Source of the DNA: Eledone cirrhosa
Taxonomy: Eukaryota
Assembly (NCBI GenBank): GCA_964016885.1
Contig: OZ024741.1
Span: forward strand, 55,552,001-55,616,000
Direction of reading: 5' to 3'
Length of the DNA: 64,000 nucleotides
The notes beneath the pieces were generated by a model, which searched no databases, was not told where the DNA came from, and saw only the letters and a list, made by a program, of their open reading frames with translations. Position numbers and translations under genes: made by a program. Positions 63,453 through 64,000 of this stretch are shown one piece after another (the stretch's first letter is position 1; each line of letters opens with the position of its first letter).

Positions 63453-64000
63453 ATAATAATAAATTTGAAGACTAAAATCCAAAGAGGGCTCGATAAGAAT
63501 AAATATATATGAAATATATAAGAACCGTAGAGCAAATATTTATTAAAATAACTAACAGATTAAAGTTTAAGCAAAGAATTGCTGTTTCACCCTTAACGGG
63601 ATCTTCTGAAACTAACAAAGTCAATCTGTAAACGCAGAAGTGGATATTTCAAAAACCGTTGCAACCGGAGGAAGACAGGAAGACGATACTTTGGTTCGTG
63701 GAAACGTTCCCTGGCAAATATATATATATATATATATACAAACACATATATTGGCAGTGTGTATACAGGTTTCTTGGTGAGGACGGTGACTTTGGACATC
63801 CTGCGGGACTAAAAACAAAACCTGTCAAAGGGAAAAGGAGCTCTTAAGAGTCAATGGTCATCCAAAATCACCGGGAGAGATGACCCCTTAGCCTTTGTCA
63901 AGGCAGAATTCTAGGAGAAGGAAAATTCTGATATAACACCTGCAACCCTGATGGTATCCAATGATGTTGACTTGTTCTTCTTTTTGGTAAATATCATCTT

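Overview
AT-rich, microsatellite-dense eukaryotic DNA. The SINE and LINE complement suggests an octopod cephalopod, but this is inferred and was not checked against a database. I found no host protein-coding exon, rRNA or true tRNA gene, and almost all ORFs in the track are translated microsatellites. The window is a graveyard of mobile elements: at least three families of Penelope-like elements (PLE: RT plus GIY-YIG), Helitrons, R4/Dong-, CRE- and RTE-type LINE fragments, tRNA-derived SINEs and MITEs. The most striking structure is non-coding. Many short elements sit in (TA)n tracts and carry minimal type I hammerhead ribozyme (HHR) motifs. About 18 of them are head-to-head inverted pairs with both 3' ends pointing outward into (TA)n. 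The clearest case is a near-identical 310-bp HHR-containing unit, repeated about 2.3 times on the minus strand and about 6 times on the plus strand (10713-13301). This looks like retrozyme-type circular or multimeric RNA reverse transcribed from both ends of a break in (TA)n. All structures were read by eye, so boundaries are approximate to a few bases and ribozyme activity is predicted only.
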